64,000 nt of DNA from Balanoglossus misakiensis (GCA_040954595.2 CM082589.2:3052213-3116212), one strand, 5' to 3'; numbered from the stretch's first letter, positions 41,113-52,924 are shown. Numbers and translations are program-made. The notes: generated by a model not told the origin, from the sequence alone.

Positions 41113-44100
41113 CTAGCATATTTTAATGATTTGTTTCCCCAAAATCTCGCTCGGCTTCCCTAAGTTTTCTATAGCGTCTGCAACATCTTCCAGACAGTAC
41201 TGCTTGCCGACGACAGGTGTCAGGGAACCACTTCGGACGCCATTTTCGATAAATTCAAATGCCTCCTCAAGCTCGCTCTGCAAAACAGAGAATAAGATTG
41301 TGACCATAATTTGACTGATATTAGTCAACGGTTCATCGACTTATAGTGCGGCTGTTTTCCTAATCTGCACGACAGAAAATTCATGTGTCAGATACTCGGC
41401 CAATTGCCATTAACGTTTTGTTTCTGACCATGTTAAGGGAACTGAAATGCCCTACCTTGGTGGCTGCAACCAAACCAACACCCATCACGAGCAACTCTTT
41501 CGGCATAAGACCCTCTAGATTAGTGTGCAGCTGCCCGGGGCCTCGTCCGATGACCTATGGACATACAGCGAAAATATTGATCTTGAGGTTGTTTAGTTTT
41601 CATTTTAAAAATCACTGTCCGACAACACAGTTCCGGACAATATGATCCCCTATGACGTCTTTTCCATAATTTTAGTCATGGTTATTATATATTATCGTCT
41701 TATAGCTTGAAATGGGTGTACTTATACTCACTAGAATTCTTCCGCGAGGGGCGGACATCTTAATATCTCCTTCCAGGTTCACCGAAGCGTTCGTCTCCAA
41801 GATGAGATTCACGCCATTTCCACCAGTAGCTTCCTGAGTGTAAGGAACGAGTGACAAAATATCATACACATAGCCCATAATTCAACATCGCATTCATTGC
41901 AACAAAGTACAAGCCTGTTAATTATTTTCGACCCACAACTCACCAAGACTTGCTTGACGTGACCAGGTGTGCTGTGATTGAAAACAAATTCAGCGCCATT
42001 CTCTTGGACGAGATTCGTTCCGTTGGGAGTGCTCGCTGTACCGATGATTCGCAGACCGATAGATCGTGCAATCTGACAGCAAGCTAGTCCCACCTGTAGA
42101 GACAAGTTACGATTCCTCCTGAGTCTCCTGAGTATAAGGGCACAGTGACTTTTCAACATGTATATCCACATAATGTATGCCTGTCTGCCTGCATGTCTGT
42201 ATTGTGGGTTAGACAGACCATAGATACTCGAGCAGACATAGCCAGATTTACTTACTGGTCCACTTGCTCCATGGATCAGAATAGTTTCTCCCTTTCTTGC
42301 TTTACCCCTGTAAGAAATGAAATGGCCATATATGTTTTCAATGAAGACTACACGAGTTTGCGCTTGATGTATAAGCATGGTGTAGACGAAGTCAGACAGA
42401 ACCACACACACAATACTAAACCTCATTAGCCATCTCACCTGTGGATAATGCTCCTATAGGCAGTCAGGTATGGCAACGCCAAAACTGCTCCTTGCTCTAA
42501 AGTGGTATTTTCTGGTAAATGGCGCACTTCGATTTCAGGGAGAGAGATGTACTCGGCGAAATGTCCCATTTTCCCGGAATATGTGTAGACACGGTCCCCT
42601 TCCTGCAGAAGGAAGACTGATCGTCTGTGACACACTGACATATACTTCATGCATGTTTTATATGAAAACAGCAACTTCGTCAAATCTCATGATATTAGAT
42701 ATCGTTATGGGATGAACCTCAAACCTTAAACTGAGTGACGTCACAGCCAACGTCTTCTACAACGCCTGCTGCATCAAGTCCGGGTACAAATGGAGGCGTC
42801 ACTGAAAGGCGTTTAAATTGACCGTTCACGACCCGTTTGTCGATGGAGTTCACACCCGCGGTATGGATTTTGATCAGCACCTGTAACACATCAACACATA
42901 CAAGCACATTCCTGGTGTACAGTGCAGTGTTCATGGACGGCTTGACAGGTGATATATGCAAATTAGACTACGCGACACCGCGTATGGTTTGAGCGGTAAA
43001 CCACTACAAAATGAGGTTTGACATGAAGATTGAAGAATCGCACGGAATCGAAGAAAACAGCCATCATCTACTCCTGCCGTGGAAGACGGGATGATAGAGA
43101 ATTGAGTCTGATAAGATTGCTATCAATAATTCGGAAAAGTCCTCGAATGTGTTTCAGCGAATTTAAAATTAAAATTTTAACAAAAAGTAGAGAAAGATGA
43201 CCAGTGAAGCCTACTTTTCATTTTATAATTTTTATTATCATATTTTATTATTTTTGTTATACTATTGGTCTAAATTGAACTGAAAACACCGCCGTAGTTC
43301 ACAACCGTGACAATTTCACGGACGGTATGTGGTAACAAATTCCAGTTCTCTTAAAACCAAGTCTTCATCCTCGCAATCCAAGGGAAACGCTGAGTGCGAG
43401 CCTGGTTTCCTCCGTGACGGCTACCGGCGGCCACAGCTACCGGTGCTGATCTGACACCGTGGCGTGCTTGTACATCTTGTGCCGGTGCTACGTCATCCAT
43501 GACGTCATCAGCTGCAGCCGACTCACTCAGGCTGGTCTCAGGCTGGCGTTCACTTGCGACCACGCCGACTTCTACGGTGGTCTCTCCTCGGCGATCGTCC
43601 AACACTTCGACACGAAGCCCGCTTGCCGCGATCTTCTCCATAAGGCAATCGACGGAATGCTGCAATAATATGCGCATGTCTCTCATTTCTGACGCCATCG
43701 TGTCGACTTGATGTTTTATTTCGTTGATCTTGTCCGAGTCAGAAAGCGAATTCCAGTCGGCTTGTGCTGTATTTTCATTCAAGTCGCTCCTCTGTTGAGC
43801 TGGAATCTCGGCAGTTGAATCTTCGGGAGTTGTACTCTCGGCGGCTTGATCTTCGGGAGTTGTACTCTCGGCGGCTTGATCTTCGGAGGCCGGCGGAGCG
43901 ACAGAAATTCCATCAATGTTACCGCCGATCAAATGATTCAGCACCTTGCCTAGTACAAGATCGAAAATGAGTAAGGGGAGGAGGCAGGTCTTCTGAAAAA
44001 TCACAATCATCGATCTAGCCGGTACCATTGATGGGAATAGCGCGACCAAAATGTCAGTCACCTGACCGCCGAATACCAGTTCAGCTGGTCCGACCAAAAA

Positions 44101-47100
44101 CCGGAAAGCAGTTACGGCAGCCACTTCGAAGACACTCAAAGGCAGCAGGAAAGGTAAACACACCAAACCGATCGTCAGCTTCACGGTGGATTTTACAAGC
44201 GTCACGACCATACGCACGGCTGCCATCGGCATTCCCAAGATCTTGGCAAGAACGCGTTCCGCCCAGGTGAACGCCGAACCGATGGGTGCCGAAATCGTGT
44301 CGACGGCGAAATTGTACACAGTTTCCACGGGGAAGAAGAACAGCATGATGCCAGACCACAGCAGTGTCTCAATGATCAGGACAAAATATCCAACAATTGG
44401 AATTTTGCGCAGCAAATTGTGCACCGCACTGAAGGGGAACATTGTGACTTTTCTCAGGAAAAAACCGGAGAGGTATTGGAAACGCACACCATAACTGTCG
44501 AAGACATTTGCGCGATTGTGTTCGTTGGTATAGTAACCAGAATTCGGATTGTCCGACGCGGCTCTCGTAATACGTCACAGTTTTCGAGCAGATCTCGCGG
44601 ACATCGCGAGATGGTTATTCCTAAGATTAAGAGGCCGTGCATGTGGTAATTCCTTGTCGGCCTGAAGGAGCGTGGATGCTTTACACGTGGAATAAATAAC
44701 AAAAGAATAAAAGAATGATGACTATAGTGAGGCCTACTTTCTCATTTTATAATTTTTATTATCATATTTTATTATTTTTGTCATACTATTGGTCTAAATT
44801 GAACTGAAAACACCGCCGTAGTTCACAACCGTGACAATTTCACGGACGGTATGTGGTAACAAATTCCAGTTCTCTTAAAACCAAGTCTTCATCCTCGCAA
44901 TCCAAGGGAGACGCTGAATGCGAGCCTGGTTTCCTCCGTGACGGCTACCGGCGGCCACAGCTACCGGCGCTGATCTGACACCGTGGCGTGCTTGTACATC
45001 TTGTGCCGGTGATACGTCATCCATGACGTCATCAGCTGCAGCCGACTCACTCAGGCTGGTCTCAGGCTGGCGTTCACTTGCGACCACGCCGACTTCTACG
45101 GTGGTCTCTCCTCGGTGATCGTCCAACACTTCGACACGAAGCCCGCTTGCCGCGATCTTCTCCATAAGGCATAAGGAATGCTGCAATAATATGCGCATGT
45201 CTTTCATTTCAGACGCCATCGTGTCGACTTGATGTTTTATTTCGTTGATCTTGTCCGAGTCAGAAAGCGAATTCCAGTCGGCGTGTGCTGTATTTTCATT
45301 CAAGTCGCTCCTCTGTTGAGCTGGAATCTCGGCAGTTGGATCTTCAGGAGTTGTACTCTCGGCGGCTTGATCTTCGGGAGTTGTACTCTCGGCGGCTTGA
45401 TCTTCGGAGGCCGGCGGAGCGAACGAAATCCCATCAATGGTACCGCCGATCAAATGATTCAGCACCTTGCCTAGTACAAGATCGAAAATGAGTAGGGGGA
45501 GGAGGCAGGTCTTCTGAAAAATCACAATCATCCATCTAGCCGGTACCATTGATGGGAATAACGCGACCAAAATGTCAGTCACCTGACCGCCGAATACCAG
45601 TTCAGCTGGTCCGACCAAAAACCGGAAAGCAGTTACGGCAGCCACTTCGAAGACACTCAAAGGCAGCAGGAAAGGTGAACACACCAAACCGATCGTCAGC
45701 TTCACGGTGGATTTTACAAGCGTCACGACCATACGCACGGCTGCCATCGAGAATCCCAAGATCTTGGCAAGAACGCTTTCCGCCCAGGCGGTGAGCGCCG
45801 GACCGATGAGCGCCGAAATCGTGTCGACGACGTAATTGTACATGACAACCAAAAGGCCGAGGAACAACACGATGACAGCATAAATCACTGTCTCAATCAT
45901 CAGGATAAAATATCCAAGAAGTGGAAAATCGTTCAGATTAATGGGGAACATTGTGACGTCTTCTCAGGAAAAAACGGGAGAAGTATTGGAAACGCACACC
46001 ATAACTGTCGAAGACATTTTCGCGTTTGCGTTCGTTGGTATAGTAACCAGAATTCGGATTGTCCGACGCGGCGTCCGTATTATTACGTCACACAGATTTC
46101 GTGCAGATCTCGCGGACTTCACGGGATTGCTAAGAAGCCGTGCACGTGGCAAATCCTTGCGAAAAACGAAAGAGATTGCATCTCTAAATTTTATTGAGAC
46201 AGACCGTATTTTTTTCAGGAGTGACGCGCATCCAGAGAACAATTCTTTCTCCGACAATTGCAAGTTGTGTAATTAACCTCTATTCTAACCAATAAATGAA
46301 ACATTCACAGTCAACGTGGCCTACACTGTCAAGCTTTTCAAGTACATGATCATTGCTAAAGCCCATTTGTTATAACTTTAGGCAATTTTCTCCCCGAATC
46401 ATAACAAAATTCCGACCTATGTAATATATACATGGTTCCAATAGGCTCACACTACTTGGACTAGTACCAAAACTTTGTTTTCGTTCAAGCAGCTTGGGTA
46501 AATGATCGTCTAGTTCCCAGCCGTGTGTTTTTCACTTCCCGATAATCAATGGGGAGTAAAAAGTACGGCTTGGCACACTAGACGGAGTATGTAATTGAAA
46601 CTTCAATATTTTGCTACAGTGACTGTTAAAATTACCATCCAGTGCAGAATTCAGCGAATATGTGTTTGGCTGTAATTGTGTTTGGATGAACCAACGAATC
46701 TATAAATCATCCTCACCAACGAAAGTGCCAGGTTGTAGGGTTATGCACGGGGTCATAAAGGTGGCCCCAGTTCCGTGTTTCACAGTAGGTATACACGGAA
46801 CCGAACCCAACCCGTCTATGTATAAATTTGTCCAAAATTGGCATGCGTGCATCTAAAAATTAATTACGTGTTTCTCCCCCAAATCTGTAATTGTTTGACT
46901 TTGTCTTCAAAGTTCGATACGGACAATGTCATTTACAAGCTTATCCTGCAACAAATAATTCTCCATCCAAAGTCAAATTCTTTATTGGGTTTATTGACCT
47001 AGGTGTGAAAGTCACGGCGGATGTTTTCGCTGTCATGACTTCATAAAAAAGTGGCGTATCGTCAACTCAGAAAGTTGCACTACATTTAGTGAAGGAAACC

Positions 47101-47199
47101 TACCGTGTGACGGTCGACTTTTGGTTTCGGCACATCGTTGCGGATCTCGAGTCGACACGGTTCCTCAAAACTGGGTACGTAGACCGCTCTCATAGCCAT
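41113..47199 (-). CDS. CRYZ: Zeta-crystallin / quinone oxidoreductase-like, copy B, 327 aa, 8 coding exons; first coding intron (42881-47103) hosts two nested genes
   Basis: Exons 47104-47199 (MAMRAVYVPSFEEPCRLEIRNDVPKPKVDRHT|GTAGGT), 42725-42880, 42439-42602, 42256-42307, 41944-42093, 41732-41833, 41456-41554, 41113-41277. Intron positions and phases match copy A; 984 nt, in frame. Confidence 0.88.
43351..44442 (-). CDS. Intronless orphan gene copy 1, about 363 aa: long hydrophobic/amphipathic N-half, acidic repeat linker, short coiled coil, basic-aromatic C-terminus
   Basis: Open ORF; the ATG at 44442 aligns with the copy 2 start (the track's 44487 start is GTG). Indels versus copy 2 preserve frame. 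AATAAA (minus strand) lies about 100 nt past the stop. Confidence 0.8.
   Translation of the reverse strand: MFPFSAVHNLLRKIPIVGYFVLIIETLLWSGIMLFFFPVETVYNFAVDTISAPIGSAFTWAERVLAKILGMPMAAVRMVVTLVKSTVKLTIGLVCLPFLLPLSVFEVAAVTAFRFLVGPAELVFGGQVTDILVALFPSMVPARSMIVIFQKTCLLPLLIFDLVLGKVLNHLIGGNIDGISVAPPASEDQAAESTTPEDQAAESTTPEDSTAEIPAQQRSDLNENTAQADWNSLSDSDKINEIKHQVDTMASEMRDMRILLQHSVDCLMEKIAASGLRVEVLDDRRGETTVEVGVVASERQPETSLSESAAADDVMDDVAPAQDVQARHGVRSAPVAVAAGSRHGGNQARTQRFPWIARMKTWF
43818..43887 (-). repeat. 30-bp coding tandem repeat (EDQAAESTTP x ~2.3); also at ~45339-45408
   Basis: Repeated unit atcttcgggagttgtactctcggcggcttg. Confidence 0.9.
44875..45951 (-). CDS. Intronless orphan gene copy 2, 358 aa, paralog of 43351-44442
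   Basis: Open ORF, near-identical to copy 1 from MAAVRMVV to the stop and through the 3' UTR; N-terminal ~65 aa diverged. Confidence 0.82.
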   Translation of the reverse strand: MFPINLNDFPLLGYFILMIETVIYAVIVLFLGLLVVMYNYVVDTISALIGPALTAWAESVLAKILGFSMAAVRMVVTLVKSTVKLTIGLVCSPFLLPLSVFEVAAVTAFRFLVGPAELVFGGQVTDILVALFPSMVPARWMIVIFQKTCLLPLLIFDLVLGKVLNHLIGGTIDGISFAPPASEDQAAESTTPEDQAAESTTPEDPTAEIPAQQRSDLNENTAHADWNSLSDSDKINEIKHQVDTMASEMKDMRILLQHSLCLMEKIAASGLRVEVLDDHRGETTVEVGVVASERQPETSLSESAAADDVMDDVSPAQDVQARHGVRSAPVAVAAGSRHGGNQARIQRLPWIARMKTWF

Positions 47200-49140
47200 A
47201 TTGATCCTGCGATAGCCAGACAAGCAATGCAATTTGTCTTCCAGTACACAGAAGCCCATTTTCTATACCTTTGTCACGTGACGCTAGTGCCCGAATCCTG
47301 AGTGACCAGCTATTGGTCGTTAAGGCACTTATTGGCACTTGCAATGCGTTGATAAAGAGTGATGTCATAAGTGTCACGTGTGTCACAACGTCGGTCTGAA
47401 AGAGCGTGGATGCTTTACACACGGAATGAAAAACAACACGTTCAGGGCTATCATTTTCATGAAATTCCTCTAAACGTGTAAGGAAGAACTGGCAACGCAT
47501 TTTGAACGGCAGCTATCAATAATATTCACATATGTAAATTTATTTATAGCGATCCCAAAAATTTATATTTTTAATTTGTGGGGGACAGATTCACGATAAC
47601 AGTTGTGAATTTGCAATTTCTCAGTGTCATGCACGAGTTGAGTCTGCTCATGCACTGTTGGTGCAGCGGTACTACCTGTAGTCAGTCTACTGACCTAGCT
47701 CGACTTAGGAGCTTTGCCTGGCTAATTGTTACAGTAATTAAAAATAGACATTTGAGTATAATAGCCATGGGCGAGCTGTGAGAGACAAGAGTATTCGAGT
47801 ATTGTATTCGAAACCTAACCCGGACACAAGCCGGCAATGTCCGGGTAAAATCGATCAGCCAGCCCTACATATTTTAGCCTTTTAGGATTGTATAAACATT
47901 TATTTTCACCTCTCGCGGTGGATTCTATAATCATTCCGTCACGTTGTCACCTGCGATTCGTTGTTATCAATATAATTAAAGCGTCATGGCTCTTATAAGA
48001 GGATTTCATTCCACTGTCTAAATGTGTCGTGTCTCTCACTGCCAGACACTGCAAAACCTGGCAGGTTGCCGACGTTCCAACGACCACACGTGACAAACGG
48101 GTCTGCCCCAGGTGGCCTAACAATATGTGAATCAAAAACCATAACATTGGAGTCAAAAGTTAACTTCTTTATTCACAAATGTGTGGAGGGAGAAATAATA
48201 CGTGTTAAGCGTAAAATCATTTTCGCAGATATCGTTTCACAGGCGCCTGGTCACTTTAGCCGAACATAGCACGTGTTACTTGTCATATACTCTATAGCAT
48301 ATACACGTATTTTACTACTTAATTCTCGTTAAGTGATGTCTCATTTATCAGCTCTTTTCAAAGGGTAAAGAAAAACCAACAGTATTAAAGTGAGTCAATG
48401 TTTTCCACGAAGGCCAGCCATAATCAAAGTACTGGTACATGGTATAGTGCAGGTAAAAATAATTCGTGAACTGCCATTTGAGGGCGCTCTCAATTGTCAG
48501 ACGCCAAATTCCGAACTGATTTTTTGTTTTTCCTGGTTGACAGCCTCCGAAAATATTTTTTATTGACTTAAACGGTAAGATTTTTGTAATCAGTGTGTGT
48601 AGCATTGATCGAGCTGCGATCGTTGTTTTTGAGGGCGAAATCGACGGTTGAAAAATCATTGCCCGTCCATGGCTTCCGAGGTTTTAATAGTCTCACCTTT
48701 ATTTCTCATTTATACATGTTGAATCGGGCCGCAGAGTCAGTGTGAATCCAGAGCCGGTGGTTTTTATGGTAGCATGTGTATCATCGAAATCGGATTATGT
48801 TGATGAGGAGGAGGCCTTTGGCTCAGATCTGACTTGCAAATTATTTTCATTTTCTACAGCTATAGTTTTCGCTCATTAATTTATAATGTTAACTATATTT
48901 GAACATCTATATTCGATAACAAAACTGAAATAAAAATGAATTTATCGAATAAAATACAGTCACTTGTTAATAGATTCAATTTTAGATTTACGTCGGCTGT
49001 CAATCTTGCGTTTTTAATAGTATCATGCAGATTTTAGCCTGACCAGTCAGAGACGAATCTGCGGTCTAAAAGTGTTCCCATCGCTTCCGAACACACAGTC
49101 TGTAAATTGCCGGCTTGTTATAATGTTCGAATCATACAAG

Positions 49141-52100
49141 ATGGCGCAGGTTCGGATGTCTCCGCTCGGCATTGCCGTAATTGTAGTGTTTTTACTAGCT
49201 GGGATGTTGTATATTCACCGAAGAGTCAGCGTTAGCAAGGACTCAGAAGGCACTGACTTGAAATTTGAACCTGAGGGAGGTGTCCCACAGACAGTTAACC
49301 TGCGCGAGCTTCTCTCCGTGGCGATTGTGCTCGCCGAGAGAGGAGGAGAAAGAGTGAAGGCCATCAGGGAAGGCAACGATCTCGAAGAACAGAGTAAGGG
49401 CAAAACATTGGAAGGAGCGAACGATCCCCTAACTGATGGAGATCTTCAGTCCCATAGAGCGATGTATCACGGATTTAAAAAGGCGTATCCAACTTTAAGG
49501 GTGAGCTTTTGGCTTTTATTACACGTTGAGGACAGAATGCCTTCTGAAACAAGTGTCATAACTATATAAGTACCAAACGTGTCCGTTTCTATGTGTGTTA
49601 TGTTGTAGTAATGTTGTGGAATATTATTTCTTACGTCTGTTTTCTACTCACATCGCTCATTTTGACAGTTTACTGAGAAGGTGGCAAATTGCCTATGTGG
49701 ACGTGGAAGGGATTACCCCATTGTGTTATATTTAAAAGTCGTAACATTTGTTGACCGGCATAGTGAATGAACGATCCCTGTGCATTGAATGGAACCATCG
49801 GGTTTTATGAATATTCAAATACTACGTCGTTGGCAACAGCTTGCGTAGCCGATACTAGTGACTGAATTTAATTGTCAGGCAAAAAATCAGGTTTTGATTA
49901 TGGAATGATTTGAAATCATCGTCTATGCGTACAGCAATCTCCGAATAAAGTAAATCGAAACTTTCAGTCCACGCATACTGAGTAGATCTAAATTGTGAAA
50001 TTGAGTGTTGTACGTGACGGCTCGTAATGTGAGTTGGCAAAGGACACGCACTGCGCTGCTCTGTATATATACAAGAGCGATTTATGTGCTATCGTTGCCA
50101 CGTGGACAAATCCACGCAAGTGTAACGTTGTCCCATTCAAGGAAAATTGTCCCAAAGCTGAAAACCTCACACTCAATCACGGACTGAAGCAGCAGGTGAC
50201 GAAAAGATTGCAAAGCTGATTATTTATCAATCAATGCCCTGTGTGCTACTTTTTTAATTGGTGCCAAACCCATTAACAATGATACAATGTAGCTAAATTA
50301 CAGTTGTAAATTGAGAAGTTTCACTCAAACAGATATTATTTTGTCTCTGGAAATTTGAGCTTAGTACTAAATAGTTGAAATTTCTCATAAACATGTATTC
50401 AGGAAATAAGATATTTTGGTGTAGACTACATGTTGCTTAGTCAGTAAAGTTATTGTAACCATAAATATCAACCCCACATGAATATCTTCACAGCATATAT
50501 ATCTATGGTAGAGTTGGGCCTCTACTGAGGGAAACGGGGATGAAAAGGTTAAAACTGTTAGTGCGGGTACACACTTTTTCATTGTCCATCAGTCTTCTCA
50601 CTGAGAACACTTGTGTTCAGCTAGTGTTATGCAATAGCTTCAAGTGCTGTTTTGTTTGAATGGGCATTGAAGAGTTTGCCACGTGCTGTTGTATGTTGTA
50701 GCAACAGTGTAATGGAACCAGTGAGTTCCTCAGATTTCAACAATAATGATCCAGATAAAACAGCACAAGATGCCTGTGTATGATGCAATTATGCTGTCGG
50801 TATATACGTTAGCTTGTATTCTGTCTGAGAAAACTTTAAATGGAGTACATGTCCAAAATAAGGCACAGAAATTTCAGTGTGTATATTACCTGGAATTTGC
50901 AAGTATTTTTTCCTACTCATACTCGTACAGTAATTTTGTGAATATCCTTTGACACAGGTGATTTCAGAAGAACATGAAGAAAACGATATCTGGGATCCCA
51001 ATGAGATTGCGATGCCGGATAAAGAACTTCCAGATGTGATGAAGACCATTCCCGCTGATGAGTATGTTCCGGTTGAAGACGTAGCCGTGTGGATCGACCC
51101 CCTGGATGCAACTCAGGAATACACAGGTCTGTGTCAGTTATCAGTGATGACCATTTTTCCTATAATGCCGACCTTATCTTTGAGCCTGACTAATCATTAA
51201 AGATGCGAGTTTTTTCAAAGAATCCTCAAGATGCAATGCTGAAAGGGATGCAATGTTCTGAATATTTTTTTCTTTTTTCTTTTTTTCAGAAAAATTGACC
51301 CAGTATGTGACAACGATGGTGTGTGTGGCAGTCAAGGGTTTGCCCACTATTGGAGTAATACACAAGCCTTTTGAACATAAAACAGGTCAGTGTCCTGTGC
51401 CACAATGGGCGTATGGCGGAGTAAAATGTCCTCATAGATTCTGCAGTGTTCTATGGAAAACGTAGGCAGAAGTCGTGCGATAGCAGTAGAAAGACAACAC
51501 ATTAACCCTTTCATCCCCAGTTCCCTTTTCAGAGATCCAACCTTACCATAGAAAACAATGGGTTTGGACTGAAACATGGTGGTGAAAGGGTTAAACATTA
51601 TTGCTAAGACTGAATATCCTCAAGTATGTTTAGATGCTGGCTTACAAGCCCACATGCACACAAACTCCAATACCACTGTGGGACACCTCTTAGAAGCAAA
51701 CTGTAACTTCACCTGCATATCTCTTCCATTTTAGCATGGGCCTGGGTCAACAAAGGTAACTCAGGATATGAGCTGCCCCCTCCCAAGTCTGCCAATGAAG
51801 CCAAAAAGATCATAGTTTCCAGGTCCCACGCTGGAGATGTGTCTGAGATGCTAACGAAGACATTCGGAGAAAATACAGAGGTCATCCCGGCTGGTGGTGC
51901 AGGTACGTGGTGGTAATTTAGAAGTCTGCATGTTTGGTTTATTCTCATTGAGTTGTCGGTGAATTCCACGGCTAACTCTTTTCATCAAAATTTACTTTAG
52001 TCACGTATTTATCATGTTGTCTTCTTTCTCCCCACAGGCTACAAGACATGGGCCTTGTTTGAACAGGAGGCAGACGCGTACGTACACGTCACTTTGATCA

Positions 52101-52300
52101 AGAAATGGGACATTTGTGCGGGGAACGCCTTGCTTAATCACAAAAACGGAATCATGACGGATCTAAAAGGAGACAACATTGATTACTCCGCAGATTCGAA
52201 CCCAAAGAATGAATTTGGACTTCTTGCAACCTTAAGCAACTACAAGGAATATTTGCAAGCCCTGCAACCAGCATATGAAAATTTAAAGCAGGGAAAATAA
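49141..52300 (+). CDS. IMPAD1: Golgi-resident PAP 3'-phosphatase (gPAPP / inositol monophosphatase 3), 351 aa, 5 exons
   Basis: Exons 49141-49500, 50958-51126, 51290-51385, 51735-51902, 52038-52300; 1056 nt. N-terminal type II TM anchor; motifs [60 protein letters not shown]. Also called BPNT2. Confidence 0.96.
51506..51590 (-). mobile_element. Complete 85-bp piggyBac-type MITE
   Basis: TTAA|CCCTTTCA...TGAAAGGG|TTAA with both TSDs intact, in IMPAD1 intron 3. Confidence 0.9.
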
Positions 52301-52924
52301 AAGTAGTACCAGTGGCAGCTTTCTTGGACAAGTCTCCAAAAACAGTCTTTGTTGGAGATTATCGTTCAAATAATTGTCGACATCACACCCAATCAGCATG
52401 CTTCTTGTAAAATTCTTCCAACTTTTTTTGAAATTTAGATGTGCAATTTAATATTAAGTGTATATGGCGGCCTGGAGGGTGCCATATTTGTAAGTTTTTT
52501 ATATGCAAATTATGACAGACACGAAAAGGAAATGTCAGCTGTAGCAGCCATATATATAAGTGGAGTTGGAAATAGCCAACTGTTGATATAGCCATCAACT
52601 GCCTGTTTGGCTACTTCAGATCATATGCAAAGGAATTTTCTTGTGAAAAATATTTTATCAAAAAGATGCATGCATGAGACTGTCATTCCCTTCTGTGTAA
52701 AACAGTGTCATTTGCTACTTCCCAGTGCAATGGCAGAGTTTTGCTCCTGTCGGCCTATTAGAATGTGCCTTCTATAAGAAAATCTCTTGAAGTATTGTTA
52801 CACTGTAATGTCAGATTAGCTTTTCTTTTTAGGTTATTTAAAAATGGGACTTTTTGAAGGTGGAATAAAGATTGAAAGTGGTTAATACAAATGATTTTGT
52901 AAAGTCTTTGTCAGTGTGTGGAAG

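Larger units (their letters stand above)
43203..46159. repeat. Direct tandem duplication: ~43203-44656 vs ~44726-46159
   Basis: Alignable 3' flank (agtga.gcctactt...), CDS and 5' flank through ...tccttg. Confidence 0.9.

Noticed and set aside
43459-46276. Plus-strand and alternative-frame ORFs overlapping the orphan genes
   Set aside because: Shadow ORFs expected in GC-rich coding DNA; they recur only because the DNA is duplicated.
44440-47104. In-frame fusion of CRYZ-B exon 1 to the nested ORFs
   Set aside because: Candidate AG acceptors lie 5, 8, 10 or 11 nt before the ATGs; none is in frame with the phase-0 donor.
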